From IMG/VR virus record IMGVR_UViG_3300033463_000015: a stretch of 64,000 nt of DNA; one strand, written 5' to 3'. Within the stretch, counting starts at the first letter, position 1. Every line of letters begins with the position of its first letter. This document shows, one piece after another, positions 43,263 to 52,171 of the stretch. Below the pieces are notes generated by a model. That model did not search any database, had not been told where the DNA came from, and saw only the letters and a list, made by a program, of their open reading frames with translations. The stretch is from a virus (taxonomy: Duplodnaviria > Caudoviricetes). Both the position numbers and the translations under genes were made by a program.

Positions 43263-43582
43263 TATGATGCCCTCCTTTATTTCGCGCCTTTCAGCATCTT
43301 TATTGTATCGCTTTTCCTAGCTTTTGTCAATAGGTTTTTGAAAAAAATTTTTATGCCGGCATAAAAAATCGTGCCGGCAAAATTCTGCCGGCGCCACAAG
43401 ATACTCTCCCACCTCTACCATATTATCACAAAGTTGTCAAGTTGTCAAGCCCCAAAGTGTTACAATTGTGTTAAGATTTTGTTACAAAATTATGACGCAG
43501 CCTTGTCAAGTGTTTGACCTGTGTCAAGTGCTTACCGGCTTCCAAATTCTGCCAACCGGATCCTTATATTATAATATAGCGC

Positions 43583-43747
43583 CAGGGAGCTGGGAAAGGC
43601 CATAGGAGCTGGGAGCTGGGCCCGTGGGAGCTGGGACTAAAGGAGCTGGGAACTGCCCCGGCGACCGGAGGGAGCTGGGGAGCTGGGAATGGATCCGGCA
43701 GCTGGAAAATTTTTCCAACGCGCCAGGGAGCTGGGTCAAGGAGCTGG
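43583..43747 (+). repeat. Polar GGAGCTGG short-repeat cluster
   Basis: About 11 units in one orientation. Confidence 0.8.
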
Positions 43748-43769
43748 AAATAAAAAAAGAAGGCCAGCA

Positions 43770-45158
43770 TCAGCTGGCCTTCTTTAATCCTACGATCCGG
43801 TATTGCTTTATATGAGCACGCCCATACTTGCGTTCTTCAAATTCTATCTCGTCTCCCCATTCTTTTGTTACAGCCTACCACGTCAGGAGCTGCTTTGTAA
43901 ATGTCTTATCATAGACAACATAAGTCTATAGTAATTCTTTTATCTCATCCTTATTATGCCAAGTATAGTAGCAAGCTGAAAAGTGCCCATCTTCTCGCAC
44001 AAACTCTACCAGCATTTTTGCCGCAGATAAAATATACTTACGCTCGGGCGCATAACGCGCTCTAATAAATTGACCAATATCCATATAATTACGAGAGTTG
44101 CAAATCCAATCTTGGAACCGTGTATCATAAATATCTATGCCGCGGCCCGCGACCTAATTGGTTATAACGCAATCATATTCTGGCGGAACCATATGATGTT
44201 CATTAATATACTTTAATCCTTCACGCTGCTTATCAGTAACGCAGCCACGCCAATCAGGATTATTCTCGAACGACCATAGCGTTAAGACGTGAAAGCCCTT
44301 TGCCGCAAACTACTCTTGCAGCCGCATAATATCAGTAACACGTTCTGTATATATCCAGGGGCACATATTCTTATCAGGACATATCAAACCATCGTTAAGA
44401 GCTGCAGAAACACTTTCAATAAAGACAGTTTCTTTGGCGTCATAGATTTCATCAATCTTGCCGCGCATAATATAATTAATATAATCACCGAACAAAGAAG
44501 CTGCTATCTCTGGAGTAGCAGACATCGCGATTAAACGTATTCGTGCGGGCTCCAATATAATAGTATGAATACTATAGATAAAAGCTGCAATAGAAGTGTG
44601 GCGGCCTTCCTATAAAAGGTTAGCAAGCTTCTCTTCTTTTAGATCCGGGAACGTCTTCTTGACTTGCCGGATCTCAGCTTCATAGTATTGCTGCACATCA
44701 TCAAACTCATCCCATACAATTAAATCTATATCATCTAACCATTCGGTATCACGTCGTATAAGAGCTGCAAAAGTTTGATAGCACATTATGTGTATCTTGT
44801 CGCTATCATCCTCCACCGTCCATACGCGTTTCTATCTATGTGCCAGCCAGCCATCTAAGTCTGTATCAGCAAACACTGTAGTAATATCTGGATAGCGCAG
44901 ATGAATATTATCGCGCAGCACCATTGTGTGGACAAGATATACTATATGTTTTTTCGCACGCGAAAAGCTGAGGATGCGCGGATCAAAACTAAAAGTAGTC
45001 TTGCCACATCCCCTCGGTGCTTTCAGCACATTAAATTGTCCTGGCTAGATACGCTCTAAATCTTCTGCCTATATAATAGAAGATAAGAACTACTAGTGCT
45101 CTATCGGTTGATGCGCGCTTACCTACGTAAGCGGCATGGTAATAATTTCCTGTCCCAT
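43770..45158 (-). CDS. SF2 helicase-like protein, putative origin-binding protein (462 aa, TAG=Gln)
   Basis: Three fragments in frame: Walker A APRGCGKTT, Walker B IVWDEFD, motif III AMSAT. Confidence 0.8.
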
Positions 45159-45224
45159 TCTCCTTCCACCTCAGTTATATTATACATGAACTTTTAATGT
45201 TTGTCAAATATTAGGTGCGAAGAT

Positions 45225-45580
45225 TAGATAAAAATAACACCATCTTATATCTAAAAATAAAAAATGTGATATTTATAATGTGTTATTTTTTCGCGTGAGC
45301 CCACGGAAAATCAATACAAAAAAGTAACACTTTTTGCGGAAACGCTACTCAAAAAATAACACCAAATATTTATTACAAAAAATACCACATATTATACTAT
45401 ATGTATAAAAAATGTGGAATAAAAAATGTGTTATTTTTTCGGGTGTACCCACGGGCCCGTTATAATATAGTCAAAAAATAACACCAAAAAATTCCTTATA
45501 TATATTATATATATAAGTAGTAAATTTTACTTGAAGTAATCCCGCGAAGCGGGATTACGGAAAGTAAAATTTACTACGCC
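45225..45580. other. Candidate replication origin (iterons + AT tract + long hairpin)
   Basis: AAAATAACAC-type repeats in both orientations, (TA)n tract 45497-45515, imperfect inverted repeat 45517-45577. Confidence 0.55.
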
Positions 45581-45915
45581 GTGCCGCGAAGCGGCTCCCT
45601 AGCCTGTTGGGAAGGAAGCTGGGTAGTAAGCCGGATCTTAAATTTTTAATAAAAATTTTTATAGAAAAATACTTGACAAAGTTAAAATTTTGAGGCACTA
45701 CTCCAAATTCTAATCTACCCTTTCACGCACCTAGCACACCTAATTTTCCCTACTTACCCTTCACACGTAGACTCTGCCCCATACTTATACTTTTACTTAC
45801 AATTTTTCTTACTTCTTCTATTTTTTCATACCTAGAGGTTTCTAACTTAAATAAAATATTTGACTTTTTCAAAATTTATAGTATAATTATTTTAGAAAGA
45901 AAGGGAGGTAAGGGT

Positions 45916-46185
45916 ATGGGTAGATGGAGAGATGAAACTCGACGTCTTACAAAGAATGCTCGTTCGCAGCTTCAGGGTGCTAGCATTCACGAACTCATTA
46001 ACTGGGAACGCACTTACTTGCGGCGAATGATCCAGATTGCGGCACTTGATGGCTCCTACACCATCCACATTGATGCACTATGGCGTGTGAATGTTGAGTG
46101 GTTGAGGGATGAGGACTTTATGGTGCTTGGCGATGATGATACTGGCTATGATATTAGCTGGGGAAAGGGTTATAGGTGGAACTAA
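45916..46185 (+). CDS. Hypothetical protein (89 aa)
   Basis: Promoter TTGACT-17-TATAAT, GGAGG RBS. Confidence 0.8.
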   Translation: MGRWRDETRRLTKNARSQLQGASIHELINWERTYLRRMIQIAALDGSYTIHIDALWRVNVEWLRDEDFMVLGDDDTGYDISWGKGYRWN

Positions 46186-46186
46186 G

Positions 46187-46933
46187 ATGGATCGCACTAT
46201 GCAGCATTTCATTTCCATTTTGGATCAAATGATTGAGAACAACCAGTTTTTCGCATTTTATTTTCAAAGCCCCTTCTCGCTTGAGGACATCGAAGATATG
46301 CATTGGGATTACAATATACCCCGCAACATTTCATTTTACAGTGGAGTGTCTCGTGGTGTAATTTCAGATTCAGAATGGGATGAAGTTATCAAGTTTGACC
46401 TTGATAGTTACTATGCGGAAGTAAGCCCCTGTGCGGCTGAAACTACTGTGTATCAGGCTGCTGTGAATGCGCGTTTGGATCGTTGTTTTACGCGGGCTCG
46501 CTTCATTGGTACTTATGTGAAGACTGTGAAGGCATACCCCGTATCTCTGTTTGAAGGTTGTGATGACGAGAACCTTGACCTTACCGAAGAAGATTTCATT
46601 GATAAGGTCAAGGAACTTGGTTTTGATGAAGGTGATATGCGCGAGGTCACTATTCGTCTGCCGCTGTATGCCTATGAGAAGGCAAATAATGTTGGTTGGA
46701 CTTGTCCTGAGTATGAGGATGAGGAAGGCGAAATCGCGCATTCGTATGACAGTCCGCTTGTTGAGCGTGCGGAAGAAGTTGCCGCTAGCTTTGTGCATGA
46801 ATATGGTGAAGAACTGTATGCGGAACTGAGCTCTTTCCTGCGTGAATGGGATGTGAATGACTTGCATTGCGGCAATGTGGGTTGGATTGGCAAGCGATTC
46901 GTGCTGATTGACTATGCGGGTTACCACGAATGA
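46187..46933 (+). CDS. Protein kinase-like
   Basis: GVSRG..VIKF, NDLHCGNVG, VLIDYAG. Confidence 0.75.
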   Translation: MDRTMQHFISILDQMIENNQFFAFYFQSPFSLEDIEDMHWDYNIPRNISFYSGVSRGVISDSEWDEVIKFDLDSYYAEVSPCAAETTVYQAAVNARLDRCFTRARFIGTYVKTVKAYPVSLFEGCDDENLDLTEEDFIDKVKELGFDEGDMREVTIRLPLYAYEKANNVGWTCPEYEDEEGEIAHSYDSPLVERAEEVAASFVHEYGEELYAELSSFLREWDVNDLHCGNVGWIGKRFVLIDYAGYHE

Positions 46934-47031
46934 TAACCGTCCTCCCCCTAGTCGTAAATTAGCGGCCACTTCGTGGCGGCTAATTTACTCCTTCCCCCTA
47001 GCGGGGGAATTTCAAAATGAAAGGTGAGAAT

Positions 47032-47538
47032 ATGGAAGAGAAGTATAGTGTATTTAAAGAAATGTCATATAGGCCCCGTTATTATTTGCGGCATCCTATT
47101 AGGTGGATTGGAGATAAGTGTAGAGAAATTAGGTGGGGTTGGCAGCGAGCTACTAGAGGTTATGCTGATTGCGATGCCTGGAATTTTGATATTTGGTTTA
47201 GTCATGTAGTTCCAAGTCTACTGGATCATCTAGCTGATAATTCTAATGGATGGCCTGATAGTAAGTTTGAAACTCATAGAGATTGGGTAAATTGGATTCA
47301 TAAACTTGCGGCTACTATTAGGTTTATGCGCGAAGACCAGCAAGATGAAGTAAATGAATGTTGGCCTGCTTATCAAGAGAGTTTGGATAATTGGCAAGCA
47401 GGCGGATATGATACTCGTCACGAAGAAATGTTTCACCAGTATTATAAGAGAGCAAGAGAACTTGCGGCTAAAGCTGATGAAGATTTTGCCGCTATTATGC
47501 CTGAATTTGTAAAGTATTTTCATTGCTTGTGGGATTAA
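47032..47538 (+). CDS. Trp-rich hypothetical protein
   Basis: ORF with AAGGTGA RBS. Confidence 0.8.
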   Translation: MEEKYSVFKEMSYRPRYYLRHPIRWIGDKCREIRWGWQRATRGYADCDAWNFDIWFSHVVPSLLDHLADNSNGWPDSKFETHRDWVNWIHKLAATIRFMREDQQDEVNECWPAYQESLDNWQAGGYDTRHEEMFHQYYKRARELAAKADEDFAAIMPEFVKYFHCLWD

Positions 47539-47539
47539 T

Positions 47540-47743
47540 ATGGTTTAGGTTATATTAAAAAATACACCCGCTTTCTTATGGACTTGTTCTCAATGTGGAG
47601 CATTACTCACTTATAAAACTAATGATGTATATGAAGGCCATTTTATTTATTGCCCCGTTTGTAAAAGTAAGGAGCATATATTGTTTGAATTAAATTATGA
47701 TGGGGTGATTAAGGATGAAAAGCAAACTACTACTAGCACTTAA
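47540..47743 (+). CDS. Zn-ribbon protein (67 aa, TAG=Gln at codon 3)
   Basis: ATG GTT TAG...CSQCG...CPVC. Confidence 0.7.
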
Positions 47744-48158
47744 ATGCTTTTTAAATCCATATTCTAATAGTCGCCATTTATGTGAAAATTGTCCTTTTGG
47801 GTATAGTGTGCCAATAGATGATGGCTCTAATGACCCTCCATATACTTGCGATGACTTGAAAATATTAAATGATGTGTATTAGTATTTAGAAGCTAACACG
47901 CAGCATTTGCTAACGAAAGATGAAGTGCGCGAAAAGGGACTTGCGGGCGCTCCATTATGGTTTGAATCCTTAGATGGTTCTGCCGTACATAATGGGTGGA
48001 AGTTGGTTTAGATATATCCCCCGTATATGAATGAAGTTTACTTATGTGATTTTAATTAGCGTGGAGTATTTTATAGCTTGCGGCAATACGGTAAAAGTTG
48101 GAGAGCTTGGGCTCAGCCGCTAGTAAAGGAAGAAGTATGTGGAACAGAAATGAGTTAA
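47715..48158 (+). CDS. Hypothetical protein (147 aa, 3 TAG)
   Basis: Continuous frame under TAG=Gln, fills the gap, ends ...YGKSWRAW.... Confidence 0.7.
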
Positions 48159-48358
48159 TCGAAATTATTATGATGCGTGGCCTAGATAAGCTTGCGGCCG
48201 CCGCCAAAGTTGATAAGTGTCTGGCGCAGGTGCGGCAAGAGCCTATGCTGGCAACTATGTACTTTCACGATATGCTTAGACTTAATTTTGGATACATTGA
48301 TGTAAAGGAGATTGAAGATGGAGAAGCAGGATATTGTAAAGATTCTAATGAAGCGTGA
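48137..48358 (+). CDS. Hypothetical protein
   Basis: Overlapping operon ORF with RBS. Confidence 0.7.
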   Translation: MWNRNELIEIIMMRGLDKLAAAAKVDKCLAQVRQEPMLATMYFHDMLRLNFGYIDVKEIEDGEAGYCKDSNEA

Positions 48359-48521
48359 CCATATGACGCTCAATGATGCTTGGAACCTTATTAATGATAC
48401 ACAGGAAGAGATTGATTATTTACTCAGCGGCAGCAACCCAATGCTGTATGAGGCCGAAGATATTATTAAGTCTAATCTTGGTCTTGAACCTGACTATCTT
48501 GACGCATTTCTTGCATGGTAA
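48318..48521 (+). CDS. Hypothetical protein
   Basis: AAGGAG RBS; LGLEPDYL C-terminus. Confidence 0.75.
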   Translation: MEKQDIVKILMKRDHMTLNDAWNLINDTQEEIDYLLSGSNPMLYEAEDIIKSNLGLEPDYLDAFLAW

Positions 48522-48531
48522 GGAGGATAAT

Positions 48532-48882
48532 ATGACGGAACTTTATTGGGATAGCACGCATGAACGTTATGGCGTACTTGTATCTCACGGTTATGGATCC
48601 GGCTGGAGCTCTTGGAACTCGCCGCGGCTAGCTTACGACCGCAAGGTAATTGAATATTGGAATGCCAATCATGATGCTAAGCCTGACGTAGTTGCTGCAT
48701 GGCTTGAAAAGAACGGTTATCCTAATATTTATGTTTCATTTTCAAATTGGTATAATCTTGCTCTTGAATGGGTGCCCACTAATGTTTGTTGGCGTATCCG
48801 GGAGTATGATGGCGCAGAATCTATTGAGGTTCTTAATCTCGCTGGCTGGAACAAGTTTGATAAGAATGGAAACCCTGTATAA
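48532..48882 (+). CDS. Hypothetical protein
   Basis: AGGAGG RBS; GYGSGWSSWN...IREYDGAESI. Confidence 0.8.
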   Translation: MTELYWDSTHERYGVLVSHGYGSGWSSWNSPRLAYDRKVIEYWNANHDAKPDVVAAWLEKNGYPNIYVSFSNWYNLALEWVPTNVCWRIREYDGAESIEVLNLAGWNKFDKNGNPV

Positions 48883-48945
48883 TTATTTGACTTTTATTCA
48901 ATTTATGATATAATAATTATAGAAAGAAGAAAGGAGATACTAAGT

Positions 48946-49218
48946 ATGAAGTATCGTAAGATTCCGGTTGTCATTGAAGCTATTCGTTGGACTGGTGAGA
49001 ATGTGAAGGAAGTGAAGGAGTTTGCTGGCGGCAATGCTATGATTCATTATCAGTATACCGCTATCACTCCTGATATTCCAGAGGTTGTTCTTGTGCTGAA
49101 TACTCTCGAGGGCGAGATGCACGTTAATAAAGGTTACTACATTATTAAGGGTGTTGACAATGAGATTTATGGATGTCGTCCTGATATTTTTGAGAAGACT
49201 TATGAGGTAGTCGAATGA
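48946..49218 (+). CDS. Conserved phage protein (KYRKIPVVIEA...TLEG...IFEKTYE)
   Basis: Promoter, RBS, familiar phage motif. Confidence 0.85.
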   Translation: MKYRKIPVVIEAIRWTGENVKEVKEFAGGNAMIHYQYTAITPDIPEVVLVLNTLEGEMHVNKGYYIIKGVDNEIYGCRPDIFEKTYEVVE

Positions 49219-49421
49219 ATTACAAATGTCCTGCTTGCGGCGTATCACATTACGCCGTTCAGTATTATGTCTCTACTCTAATGGGTTATCAGCGTGTTTT
49301 TAAAGATGGGAAGGATATAACGGAAGATCCTAACCATCATATGATGTATTGTCAGTGCCTCAATTGCGGCAATTACTTTGCGGTTGAAATGAATAAAAAG
49401 GAGAGTGATGCTAATGTCTAA
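49215..49421 (+). CDS. Zn-ribbon protein
   Basis: CPACG...CLNCG. Confidence 0.75.
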   Translation: MNYKCPACGVSHYAVQYYVSTLMGYQRVFKDGKDITEDPNHHMMYCQCLNCGNYFAVEMNKKESDANV

Positions 49422-49889
49422 GTTTATTTTCTTAGACATTTAGTTGATGGCGTTCTAAATTCAACAGACTTTGATAAGTTTTGCACAAATAATGAATTCA
49501 AGGAGTGGTGGAGTTATGGCTTGCTAGATCAAGAGTGTGTTCTACTACTAAGACGTTTAGTAAAAATTACTGGTGCTAAAATTGTCTTGTGCTCTTCTTG
49601 GCGCACCAGTTATGAGCATATGGCTCGTTTAAGTCAGCAGCTTGAACTTTATGGCCTTAGTATTTACGGCACCACAAATGAAAATTCAACTATGGGTCGC
49701 GGCCAGCAAATTATGGAGTGGGTATATAACCACGAAAATTGTGATAACTTTGTTGTGCTTGACGATGATAATACTATTCACGATTACCCGCCCGAGACCG
49801 AAGTGACTAGCCATCTTGTTGTTCCGTCTTATGAGGTGGGACTTACTGAGAAAGATTTTGAAGCGGCACTAAAAATTTTGGGGCGATAA
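49414..49889 (+). pseudogene. HAD 'Swiss-army-knife'-type phosphatase with a 5-nt insertion in the DxD motif
   Basis: MSKFIFLDI + TAGTT + DGVLN...IVLCSSWR...FVVLDD. Confidence 0.7.
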
Positions 49890-49912
49890 GCCCCTTTTCT
49901 ATTGGAGGATTT

Positions 49913-50110
49913 ATGTGGTATCTAATTGCTTTTATTGGCGGTATGCTAGTGGGTTTAGCTACTAGGAAGCCGCTAGATGCGCTAAGATTGCGGCATAAGC
50001 GCTGTGAAGGTTATAAAGCTGCGGTAGATGATATGATTACGTTCTGCTATTGGCGTGAAAATGGTGGCACTGGCGCACGGCATACTGGAGTTTGGTTTCC
50101 AGATGATTGA
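49913..50110 (+). CDS. Small membrane-anchored protein
   Basis: GGAGG RBS, hydrophobic N-terminus. Confidence 0.75.
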   Translation: MWYLIAFIGGMLVGLATRKPLDALRLRHKRCEGYKAAVDDMITFCYWRENGGTGARHTGVWFPDD

Positions 50111-50169
50111 CTTTTTTCAAATTTTGAGTATAATATAAGTATAAGAAAAATAGAAAGGGGAAACCTTAT

Positions 50170-50406
50170 ATGACTGCGAAAGAGGCGTATGATATGGCTA
50201 AGCCTAAGTATGATCAACTGTGTGAGCGGCGACTTAATTTTATTCTAAGACAAATTGAAGCATGCGCCAAACGCGGTGAATTTTCTTATGTTGGGATTAT
50301 ATATCCTGAGAATATAATTGTACTTGAAAAACTTGGTTATACTGTATATAAAACTCGTTATAACGGAGAATTTTATGAAGTTGAAGTTAATTGGAGGAAT
50401 GTATAA
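50170..50406 (+). CDS. Hypothetical protein
   Basis: Promoter, RBS; similar to 50406. Confidence 0.8.
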   Translation: MTAKEAYDMAKPKYDQLCERRLNFILRQIEACAKRGEFSYVGIIYPENIIVLEKLGYTVYKTRYNGEFYEVEVNWRNV

Positions 50407-50669
50407 TGGAAATGTTTATGAGAGCAAGTCAGGCTCGTGAAGAGACTAAGGAAGTTGTATCTACTCGTGTTGACCCCGTCGTAGAAATTGTTAAGAATGC
50501 TATTCTCGCCGCTATTAAGGAAGGCGAGTATAAGTGTATCGTAATGGAGAACGTGCCGCGTAGTGTGCGGTCAATGCTTGAGGCCAGCGGCTATGAGGTG
50601 TCCAAGTATCTTGACGTGACGCATGAACCTGTAAGGGAAGGTTGGAAGATTAGTTGGGAGGACGACTAA
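50406..50669 (+). CDS. Hypothetical protein
   Basis: TAATG overlap; ILAAIKEG...LEASGYEV...ISW. Confidence 0.8.
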   Translation: MEMFMRASQAREETKEVVSTRVDPVVEIVKNAILAAIKEGEYKCIVMENVPRSVRSMLEASGYEVSKYLDVTHEPVREGWKISWEDD

Positions 50670-50932
50670 TGGAAGACAAGGTAAAGCCGCGTAAGTGGAT
50701 TGAAACTATCCCCGGTATGTGGATGTGCGGCAACTGCGGCGAAGTTATCAATGTCTTTATGATTAAATGTCCAAAGTGCGGAAAGGAAATTGCTTGGGAC
50801 GGACGTGAAAGCACGGCTCATCGAATGAACGATGAGAATCAGGATGTTGAATGTGGTGAGAAAACATTAACAAAGAAAATTGATCCTAAAAAGCAAGTTC
50901 CGCCACCAAATAAAAAAAGAAAGGGAAATTAA
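50669..50932 (+). CDS. Zn-ribbon protein
   Basis: CGNCG...CPKCG. Confidence 0.75.
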   Translation: MEDKVKPRKWIETIPGMWMCGNCGEVINVFMIKCPKCGKEIAWDGRESTAHRMNDENQDVECGEKTLTKKIDPKKQVPPPNKKRKGN

Positions 50933-50934
50933 TT

Positions 50935-51144
50935 ATGGATATGAAAATTGAAAACGCAATCCTGTGGGGTCTGGTAAATCTCGCTGAAGAAGGTGGCACT
51001 GATTTTAATCAGTGGTTTGAAACGGAACTTGATGAGTATGCTGATGAGATCCGGAAGATGGATTATTGGCAGAGTATTTTGTTCTGCGCGGGCCATCATT
51101 TTGGATTGCTTGGTGACCATAGCGATACGGAGAATATGCCTTGA
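50935..51144 (+). CDS. Hypothetical protein
   Basis: Tightly packed operon ORF. Confidence 0.75.
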   Translation: MDMKIENAILWGLVNLAEEGGTDFNQWFETELDEYADEIRKMDYWQSILFCAGHHFGLLGDHSDTENMP

Positions 51145-51356
51145 TGGATAAAGAGATTTATGAAATTATTGAAGAGACGGTAGATAAAATTGCTCGCGAA
51201 ACCGCAGGCTACTATGTTACTGGCACTTGTATGTGGTGCGGCGGCCATAATAGGGAAGTGCAATACTATCCTTTTTAGCGTGATGGCTGCTTCTATATTA
51301 GTTTGATTTGTAAAAAATGTTTGGAAGAGGTAACCGAAAATGGCAGACTCCTGTGA
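51144..51356 (+). CDS. Zn-finger protein (70 aa, 1 TAG)
   Basis: TAG lies between CMWC and CKKC. Confidence 0.7.
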
Positions 51357-51552
51357 AAAAATTATTGAACATCTGTATGAGGCTACAGATAATCGCGTGA
51401 TTGGGGTCAATGAAGAACTTGGCCCTATTTGTTCTATTCCCGCTATTTGGCTTTATGATGCGGCAGCAACTCTTAAAGTTCAGCAGGGTATTATTGATGA
51501 GTATAAGAAAGCGGATACTTTTCTAGCTATTCACGGATGGAAATGGAGATAA
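51340..51552 (+). CDS. Hypothetical protein
   Basis: GAGG RBS. Confidence 0.75.
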   Translation: MADSCEKIIEHLYEATDNRVIGVNEELGPICSIPAIWLYDAAATLKVQQGIIDEYKKADTFLAIHGWKWR

Positions 51553-51558
51553 ATAAAT

Positions 51559-51822
51559 ATGGATAATATTGAAGCTATAAAAATTGTAGAAAGAGAAAAG
51601 AATAGATTTCTTGATAATTATGTAGATTTTAGTGGAACTGAAGAAGCATATAATCGCGCCGTCGCAGCCTTAAAGCGACAGACACCTACCCCGGTAGTGC
51701 ATACATATATGGGTAATGGTATTGTATTATTTACTTGCCCTGAATGTAAAACTTTAGTTCTTTATACTCAGCGATTTTGTAATACATGTGGACAGAGGTT
51801 GAAGTGGGATGAGAACAATTGA
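51559..51822 (+). CDS. Zn-ribbon protein
   Basis: CPEC...FCNTCGQRLKW. Confidence 0.8.
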   Translation: MDNIEAIKIVEREKNRFLDNYVDFSGTEEAYNRAVAALKRQTPTPVVHTYMGNGIVLFTCPECKTLVLYTQRFCNTCGQRLKWDENN

Positions 51823-52171
51823 CGCGGACGCATTGCTTGAAACGATAGAAGATCATGTAACTACTGTATCATGTTGCCCAACTGTTGATTGGTCGATGGG
51901 CAAAACTCAGATGAAAAAACAGGTTATCGAAGACATTCGCAATGCTCCAACCATCAGTGGCTGGGTCAACTTCAAGGACAGGCCGCCTGACGAAGGACAG
52001 CATGTTGTAGTTCAACACGAAGTAAATGGCATCCATTACCAAGATGTTGCACATTATCTTTGCGAAAGATGGTGGTTAGACGGTATGTATAACGGCGTGG
52101 AACTCAATGCGATTCGCTGGTATTCGTTTCCAGAACCGGAGGAAGAGGTGACCGAAGATGGACAAAGATGA
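51809..52171 (+). CDS. DUF551-like phage protein
   Basis: MRTIDADAL...WVNFKDRPP...WYSFPEP. Confidence 0.75.
   Translation: MRTIDADALLETIEDHVTTVSCCPTVDWSMGKTQMKKQVIEDIRNAPTISGWVNFKDRPPDEGQHVVVQHEVNGIHYQDVAHYLCERWWLDGMYNGVELNAIRWYSFPEPEEEVTEDGQR

Noticed and set aside
45700-45830. G-poor pyrimidine-rich stretch as a gene or repeat
   Set aside because: No ORF or clear periodicity; it may belong to the origin region but cannot be supported separately.
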